DNA from: Fidelibacterota bacterium
GTDB lineage: Bacteria; Fidelibacterota; Marinisomatia; Marinisomatales; TCS55
Direction of reading: 5' to 3'
NCBI GenBank assembly: GCA_046861385.1
Contig: JBHHTW010000021.1
Span: 1 to 39,001 of the forward strand
DNA length: 39,001 nt
The translations under genes were made by a program, and so were the position numbers. Under the pieces are notes generated by a model that saw nothing but the letters and a program-made list of their open reading frames with translations, had not been told where the DNA came from and ran no database searches. Of the stretch, positions 32,656 to 39,001 are shown one piece after another (position 1 is the stretch's first letter; every line of letters begins with the position of its first letter).

Positions 32656-33519
32656 TCATTTAAAGATCAGGATTCGTTGATTCGTTAAAATGGCTATTCC
32701 TTCAAAAATGGTGTCCACATCCTGAATGACTTCGTGTTGCATTAAATGGATATTTTCCAAATGTTCACCGTCAACCCTGGTTACCATCCCTCTCTTATTT
32801 ATCACAAGCCATTGATGATTAAAATTGAAGATATTTGCCGGGTTTTTCATATCGATCCTGAGGACTTTTATCCTATGACCAAATCGATTAAACAGCATGA
32901 CGGCATTGGATCGTGTCAAGACAGCCAGATTTCCATAGTTATCAGATGAAATATCCAAAACACTTGTTCCCTCCGATTCAAATTGGTTCAAATCGATCAA
33001 GGGCCATTTTGGTTCGTCCAATGACCATAGTTCTCCATATGTTTTTGAAAATATGTAGGGTTTCCCCAAGGGGTTTTCAATAAGAATATCAGTATAGAAT
33101 GGATCAGTGACCGTTTGATCAATCAATTCCAACCCCACATAATTCAATGAATAGTCATATTGCTGAACGAAATGTTCAGCTCTGTCACTTATCCATACCT
33201 TTAAATTTTGGACCGTCATATCCGACGGTTCTGAAAACGATTCTATTCCCTGTCCAAAGCCACCGATACGGTTGATAATCTTGTGTTTATCAATTAATAT
33301 TATTTCTCGGGATTCAGGATCCAGAATGACGAATTTATTTTCTCCCAATGCAGAAATATGTGTTGGAGAAATGGTCGAGTCTAAATCAGACAAAGACAAT
33401 TCTGAAATGGTGGATAATGGTTCCTGAGCAGTGGAAAATACCCAAAGCCCCATGAAAACCAGCAGTCGTTTAAGGACTGTTGTACAATAATTTATACATC
33501 TTGACTTGCTCTTTTCCAT
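32656..33519 (-). CDS. secreted NHL/beta-propeller protein
   Basis: IGGFGQG..SFSEPSD, WISDR and other NHL-like blades. Confidence 0.65.
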   Translation of the reverse strand: MEKSKSRCINYCTTVLKRLLVFMGLWVFSTAQEPLSTISELSLSDLDSTISPTHISALGENKFVILDPESREIILIDKHKIINRIGGFGQGIESFSEPSDMTVQNLKVWISDRAEHFVQQYDYSLNYVGLELIDQTVTDPFYTDILIENPLGKPYIFSKTYGELWSLDEPKWPLIDLNQFESEGTSVLDISSDNYGNLAVLTRSNAVMLFNRFGHRIKVLRIDMKNPANIFNFNHQWLVINKRGMVTRVDGEHLENIHLMQHEVIQDVDTIFEGIAILTNQRILIFK

Positions 33520-33645
33520 ATTTTCTATGTTATAAAAGCATTAAATAAACCGTGGCTATTTGCAACTTTTATACCTTGAAAATACGCAAATTAACTTCGT
33601 CCATTTTGTAAAGGTTATTATTTCACGATCCCTTAATCAAAGAAT

Positions 33646-34458
33646 TTATTGCTTTGTTATCGGTTTTGAGACCGGTCGCAATAATCCAATCGTTCCGATA
33701 ATGACCATGACAACCGATATGATTTGAGCTCCGGTTAAATTAAACATATAATGATTATTCGTGCGGATGAATTCAATAGAGAACCGTTCAATTCCCGCTA
33801 AAATGAAATAGGTAAAAAACAAGCTGCCGGCCCTCACTATTTTGGTTCTGCGGTTCCAGAGAAATGCAAAGATGATGAAACCCATAATCACTTCGTATAA
33901 TTGAGTGGGGTGAACAGTGAGGAGACCCGGCTCGAAATCAGCTAGATCTATCCAGGGATAGTATGACTGGAATACCCAGTACGTGGTTGGAGGTAATCCA
34001 TTCTCGAAAGATATTCCCCAGGGTACGTGAGTCGGGATACCATAATCGTCGCCTACGAGAAAACAACCAACTCTACCAATCGCATAACCCAAAATCAGTA
34101 GAGGAGCAACAATATCGGCAAACTTAATCCAGGGTAATTTATTCTTTTGCAGTACGATGGTTACCCCGAGGGTGCCCCCCATGAGTCCGCCAAGGAAGAC
34201 CAATCCGGCACCGCTGAAAATCATACCGAATGGATCATCAATCACTCTGCCAATGTTTTCAATTAAATAATACAATTTTGAACCCAAAATTCCACCCACG
34301 GCTGCTGCAAATACAATATCAGATGCGATTTTTATATCGTATCCAAGTCGTTTCATATCTTTCTGTAATAAATAGTAAGTGGTATAAAAAGCCACCACGA
34401 GCATAAATCCAAACGAATATATTTTAATGGGGCCCAGTTCAAACAAAACAGGTATCAT
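33646..34458 (-). CDS. lgt: prolipoprotein diacylglyceryl transferase
   Basis: GLVFLGG, AIGRVGCF...DYG, HPTQLYE and RF.IEF.R motifs; ATGA overlap at 34455-34458. Confidence 0.93.
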   Translation of the reverse strand: MIPVLFELGPIKIYSFGFMLVVAFYTTYYLLQKDMKRLGYDIKIASDIVFAAAVGGILGSKLYYLIENIGRVIDDPFGMIFSGAGLVFLGGLMGGTLGVTIVLQKNKLPWIKFADIVAPLLILGYAIGRVGCFLVGDDYGIPTHVPWGISFENGLPPTTYWVFQSYYPWIDLADFEPGLLTVHPTQLYEVIMGFIIFAFLWNRRTKIVRAGSLFFTYFILAGIERFSIEFIRTNNHYMFNLTGAQIISVVMVIIGTIGLLRPVSKPITKQ

Positions 34459-35300
34459 GATAATTTTTCTCCACAATTTGAACAGAATTTATCTTCCAGA
34501 TTCAATTTACTACCGCAAGAATGACAGTAATTCCTCTTTCCATCGATTAAAGTTGTTTTCTTATTTTTAGAATAGAACATTATGCCAATAATTAATGATA
34601 AAACACCGAGAATGGCCATCGGTTCCCATAAGAGCAATGTATGTCTTTTTGGTTTCTCTTCTACGATGGTGTGTGGATCTGTTTTTGGAGCCGCTTCTCC
34701 CCTTAACTGGTCCTTCAATGTCTCAATGGTAGTTTTACCGGTATGATTTAGATATTTTACTGATACTGTCTCGACAGTATTTACATTGATATCCCCCATA
34801 TTAACTGAAGCAAATTTAATTCCATGCTGGTCATTGGATTCTGAAGAAATCTCCCGGGAAATCGAAAAATCTTCAGCCATTACCGGTTCCTGGATAGCGA
34901 TATGCACATTTTTCATTTGTATATTTGACCCAATAGGATAAGTGAATGATTTTTCATGCCCTTCGTCAAATGGATTAAAAAATATAAACAGTCTGAATTG
35001 TGGTTCTGATAATGGAAACTTAATCATATTGGAACGATCTAGATGATCTAAATCGATGGGAATAATTTTGCTGTCCTGACTGGGAATTCCCTTAATTAAA
35101 AAAACAGAGTCTGTTCCTGCAGGAATCGTAAATGAAATATCAGCCGTATCCTGATCAAATTCCACAATAGTTTCAATTTCTACCATAACGCCGTTATAGT
35201 AGTATTCCGAGTAAATGTTGATATTCACCGGATCCATAACTGGTTCAGCCTGTAAATAAAATGAAAAAAGAAAAACGGGTATGATCCATTGATTTACCAT
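34455..35300 (-). CDS. membrane protein with C-terminal zinc ribbon
   Basis: Signal peptide, TM, then YCHSCG...FCSNCG; AGGAG RBS. Confidence 0.75.
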   Translation of the reverse strand: MVNQWIIPVFLFSFYLQAEPVMDPVNINIYSEYYYNGVMVEIETIVEFDQDTADISFTIPAGTDSVFLIKGIPSQDSKIIPIDLDHLDRSNMIKFPLSEPQFRLFIFFNPFDEGHEKSFTYPIGSNIQMKNVHIAIQEPVMAEDFSISREISSESNDQHGIKFASVNMGDINVNTVETVSVKYLNHTGKTTIETLKDQLRGEAAPKTDPHTIVEEKPKRHTLLLWEPMAILGVLSLIIGIMFYSKNKKTTLIDGKRNYCHSCGSKLNLEDKFCSNCGEKLS

Positions 35301-35334
35301 AAAGTCGCTCCTAATAAATTGTTCATAAAATGTT

Positions 35335-36057
35335 TTATTGAGTTGAAAGTATAGTCAGGACAATTAAATCGTAGAAGGCATGACTGTAAGCTGCGATGCC
35401 AAATCCACGAGCTGCATAAATAATTCCCAATATGATTCCGGCAATAAAACGGATAAAAAATAACTCAATTGAAAATAAATCTCCAAAATTACCGACAAAA
35501 TGAAACAGAGAAAAAACAGCCGCTGCCAATACAACCGCACCCGTATATCGAGCCTGCCGATGCCATTGAAAAATGAATCCCAATATGGATGCAATCCCGG
35601 TGATTAGAATCACCCTGAAAACAAATTCTTCATAAATCCCTGCTCCGAGAGATAATACGACCTGCTGCAAAATTCCTTTTGACGGCGGCGACATTAATAA
35701 GGTTTGAAAAAAGCCCAAGAGAACAAATAAAATAGCGCTGTAAATGATGCATTCAAAAAACATTGTAAGTAAATATTCACCTTTTACGACCAATGTCTTG
35801 AGAGACTTTTTTTGACGTAAAAAAGCAATCGTAAATCCGACCATGAATGAAGCGCTGAACCCATACACACCAAAAATTCCAAATAACCCCAATACTTGTT
35901 TCATTAACACATCTGCCCCATTCCTCAAAACAACGATATCTTCAGCAGACAGAAAAATAGTGCCTATTTCGTACAACACAAAAAGAGGCATTGTAAAAAT
36001 AAAACTATACAACGGAGAGTGCGTTTCTGACCAATAAGTTGATACGTCTCTGGACAT
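35335..36057 (-). CDS. CPBP (Abi/CAAX) intramembrane metalloprotease
   Basis: EEFVFR, FSLFH and HAFYD motifs. Confidence 0.88.
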   Translation of the reverse strand: MSRDVSTYWSETHSPLYSFIFTMPLFVLYEIGTIFLSAEDIVVLRNGADVLMKQVLGLFGIFGVYGFSASFMVGFTIAFLRQKKSLKTLVVKGEYLLTMFFECIIYSAILFVLLGFFQTLLMSPPSKGILQQVVLSLGAGIYEEFVFRVILITGIASILGFIFQWHRQARYTGAVVLAAAVFSLFHFVGNFGDLFSIELFFIRFIAGIILGIIYAARGFGIAAYSHAFYDLIVLTILSTQ

Positions 36058-36142
36058 TTATAATTTCATGGATGGATTGGTTGGATGATTGAACTTTTCT
36101 TTAGCACTCTGGCAATGAAATACGTTGGCACTAACACTTTTT

Positions 36143-37945
36143 TCAGTCCGAATTAATTTGCAGAACGGCCAGTAGCGCTTCCTGGGGGATGTCTACTTTA
36201 CCTACTTTTTTCATACGCTTCTTCCCTTCCTTTTGCTTTTCCCACAGTTTCCGTTTGCGTGTAATATCACCGCCGTAACATTTTGCGGTTACATTTTTCC
36301 GTAATGCTTTCACCGTAGCGCGGGAAATAATTTTCGAACCCAGTGACGCCTGTATGGGAACTTCAAACATCTGCCGGGGAATGAGTTCTTTCAATTTGGA
36401 GCATAACGCCTGCCCCCGGTGAAAGGCATTCCCTGCATGGGTGATTATCGATAAGGCATCCACCAATTCGCCGTTAAGAAGAATATCCAATTTTTTCAAG
36501 TCTCCGATTCTAAAATCGGTGAACCTATAGTCCAGGGATGCATACCCTTTCGATACAGATTTTAATTTATCGTAAAAATCAAATATGATTTCCGCCAATG
36601 GCAATTCATAGTGAAGCTGAGCTTTATCTTTCGTTAAATAGTCTGTATTCTTGTAAATACCCCGTTTTCTTTGGCATAGCTTCATGAGGTTTCCGATATA
36701 TTCTTTTGGTGTAATGATTTCTGCCGATACGAACGGTTCTTTGATATCCAAAATCCTTCCGCTTTCAGGCATATCTGCAGGAGTATGCACTTCTAATTCT
36801 GCCCCGTCTTTCAATATGATCTGATAACTGACATTGGGAGATGTGGTTACCAGCCCCAAATTGAATTCTCTCTCCAATCTTTCCTGAACAATCTCCATGT
36901 GGAGTAATCCTAAAAACCCGCAGCGAAAACCAAATCCCAGCGCTTCACTCGTTTCCGGCTCAAAAATCAGGGAGGCATCATTTAATCTTAACTTATTCAA
37001 GGCAGAACGGAGCTGTTCATAATCATCACTATCGGATGGGTATAAACCGGAGAAAACCATCGGCTGCATTTGTTTATATCCGGGGAGCGGTTCAGATGCA
37101 AGATTTTCTTTGGTTGTCAATGTATCCCCGGGCCGGACATCATCCACATCGCGAATACTGGCCAATATATATCCCACGTCACCGGAGTGCAATTCGTCTG
37201 CTTTCATTTGTTTCAAAACGAAGTGTCCCACTTCTGTGATGTCATATTTTTTATCATGGGCAAAAAACACAGCCCGTGTCCCTGGTTTGAGCACACCGTC
37301 CATGACTCGAACATAGGGTATGGCGCCTTTATAATTATCATACATAGAATCGAAAATCATGGCGCGGAGGGGCGCATCATCATTATTCTTCGGCGGTGGG
37401 ATCCGATGAATAATGGCATTGAATATGTCAGGAATTCCGGCACCGCTCTTAGCGCTGACTTGAACGATTTCGTCACTATCGCAGCCGATAAGCTCCACCA
37501 ATTGATCCGTCACTTCTTCTATCCGGGCGCTGGGTAAATCAATTTTATTGATAACAGGAATAATCGTCAGATCACTTTCAATGGCCAAATACGTATTGCT
37601 CACCGTTTGAGCTTCCACACCCTGCGCCGCATCCACTAACAGCAGAACGCCTTCACACGCAGCCAAAGACCGGCTCACTTCATAAGAAAAATCCACGTGC
37701 CCCGGTGTATCGATTAAATTAAAAATATATTCCTGTCCGTCGGTGTGAATATAGTGCATTTGAATGGGATGGCTTTTGATGGTAATCCCCCGCTCCCGCT
37801 CCAGGTCCATGCTGTCCAGCACCTGGTCTTTCATCTGTTTTTTGGAAAGAGTATGTGTTTCCTCTAACAGGCGGTCAGCCAGGGTGGATTTGCCATGGTC
37901 AATATGGGCGATAATACAAAAATTGCGTAAATGGTCTGTGGACAT
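36143..37945 (-). CDS. lepA: translation elongation factor 4
   Basis: [40 protein letters not shown]; likely start MSTDH at 37945. Confidence 0.98.
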   Translation of the reverse strand: MSTDHLRNFCIIAHIDHGKSTLADRLLEETHTLSKKQMKDQVLDSMDLERERGITIKSHPIQMHYIHTDGQEYIFNLIDTPGHVDFSYEVSRSLAACEGVLLLVDAAQGVEAQTVSNTYLAIESDLTIIPVINKIDLPSARIEEVTDQLVELIGCDSDEIVQVSAKSGAGIPDIFNAIIHRIPPPKNNDDAPLRAMIFDSMYDNYKGAIPYVRVMDGVLKPGTRAVFFAHDKKYDITEVGHFVLKQMKADELHSGDVGYILASIRDVDDVRPGDTLTTKENLASEPLPGYKQMQPMVFSGLYPSDSDDYEQLRSALNKLRLNDASLIFEPETSEALGFGFRCGFLGLLHMEIVQERLEREFNLGLVTTSPNVSYQIILKDGAELEVHTPADMPESGRILDIKEPFVSAEIITPKEYIGNLMKLCQRKRGIYKNTDYLTKDKAQLHYELPLAEIIFDFYDKLKSVSKGYASLDYRFTDFRIGDLKKLDILLNGELVDALSIITHAGNAFHRGQALCSKLKELIPRQMFEVPIQASLGSKIISRATVKALRKNVTAKCYGGDITRKRKLWEKQKEGKKRMKKVGKVDIPQEALLAVLQINSD

Positions 37946-38408
37946 GGGGCGGAAATTACGGAAATTTGGATTACTCGCCTGCATTTTACTTTCAGCGGGA
38001 AGCCCCTCCTACGGAAAAAACAACGACGGGCAGGAATTCAGGATAAAGATTACAGGTTCGGAACGGAGCGCTGACAAGAAAATTCCCATAAAATAGTCAT
38101 TAATTGAACATCTCCCCAACTATAGAAATGTATAATATCCTGTTGATTGCTCCACTCCGCTCCATTATATCAGAGTGACTTGATAATACTTTGGTTAAAT
38201 CAAAGAAATTATTAGGGGTGGTCGTGATTGAATAGTTCCATAATGAAAGACTGTTTTCTATTGGAATTTGATTAATTAAAATAATTAACATCACTGATGA
38301 ATTGATCTATAATCATTGAATTAGTCGTCATTATTTGCATATAATAATATATTTACGATATTTTTTTATTATTATATCGTATAATTTTTGATTTTTATAA
38401 TATTGTAC

Positions 38409-38437
38409 TTGCATAATTACTATAGTACATTTATTAT
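38409..38437 (+). promoter_or_regulatory. candidate sigma70 promoter
   Basis: TTGCAT-17 nt-TATTAT, overlapped by the inverted pair TGTACT...AGTACA. Confidence 0.45.
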
Positions 38438-38484
38438 CCTATCAACAATTGTTATGGAAAATGTAATCAAATGGGAGAAATAAA

Positions 38485-39001
38485 ATGAACCAGAAATATT
38501 TTGTATTACTATTAATCGTTTTTGGAATGTTCTTTGGCTGTGAAGATACAATCAATCAAGAACCTCTTACCTATCATGGGAAAGAAGTTTTAGAAACAAC
38601 GCCATCGTTTCTCATTCCCAGTGGAATCATGTTAAAAGGTGAAGGTCCCAATTCAAAAATACAAACGGATCCACCTTATGGGACTGTATATGGACATGAA
38701 ACTGATCCGAATAATGTCTATTTGGCCCAGGGCGGTGAATTGTTACCCGACGGTTCCTGGACTGACCAGGTCTATTCAGATCTCTATGGAGCTACTCTGT
38801 ATAGCAACTCCGGTGTACATTTTGAAACACCTGCCATTGTCACCCTGACAAATACGACTGACTGCAAATACTTGGACGTGAATGATGTATGGATCCCTGT
38901 TTCGGGTACTGTGACTGTAACCGCAAAAGCAATTTCCGTCGGAACCAGTGGAACCACTTATATGGAAACAGGATCAAAAGTCCTCATGGGTCATGGCGGA
39001 A
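38485..39001 (+). CDS. hypothetical lipoprotein, truncated by the window end
   Basis: GGAGA RBS; MNQKYFVLLLIVFGMFFGC-EDT lipobox; open to the window end; absent from the ORF track. Confidence 0.75.
   Translation, partial: MNQKYFVLLLIVFGMFFGCEDTINQEPLTYHGKEVLETTPSFLIPSGIMLKGEGPNSKIQTDPPYGTVYGHETDPNNVYLAQGGELLPDGSWTDQVYSDLYGATLYSNSGVHFETPAIVTLTNTTDCKYLDVNDVWIPVSGTVTVTAKAISVGTSGTTYMETGSKVLMGHGG

Noticed and set aside
37944-38096. 50-aa + strand ORF with a signal-peptide-like start ([16 protein letters not shown])
   Set aside because: Its ATG overlaps the lepA start on the opposite strand, it has no RBS, and it covers the lepA promoter region; unsupported.

Overview
AT-rich bacterial chromosome segment. 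Por/T9SS-style C-terminal Ig domains (PNPFNP), DUF4837 and DUF3160 proteins and the GT2-PGT fusion suggest an FCB-group organism, most plausibly Marinimicrobia-like (inference). Most genes are on the minus strand and are housekeeping or envelope genes: lepA, lgt, accA, rfbD, glycosyltransferases, Omp85, PpiD, UDG, SUI1, an M1 peptidase and tRNA-Ala(GGC). The strongest hidden signal is that the 919..1935 ORF is only the 3' part of a ~396-aa lipoprotein. The full gene reads through an in-frame TGA in a Cys-Gly-Sec motif, followed by a SECIS-like hairpin. It appears to be an UshA-like selenoprotein with eroded catalytic motifs, heading a tight operon with a membrane-anchored rhodanese and a MauE/DoxX protein. 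Other notable items are: a GxxExxY nuclease-fold gene bounded by inverted repeats and wedged between a Cys-less thiolase and its DUF35 partner; a 188-bp duplication of the tRNA-Ala 3' end whose T-loop copy is split by a 38-nt palindromic insert; dispersed REP-like palindromes; a heptamer tract; and an orphan Pycsar-effector-like membrane protein. All family assignments come from motif recognition, not database searches.
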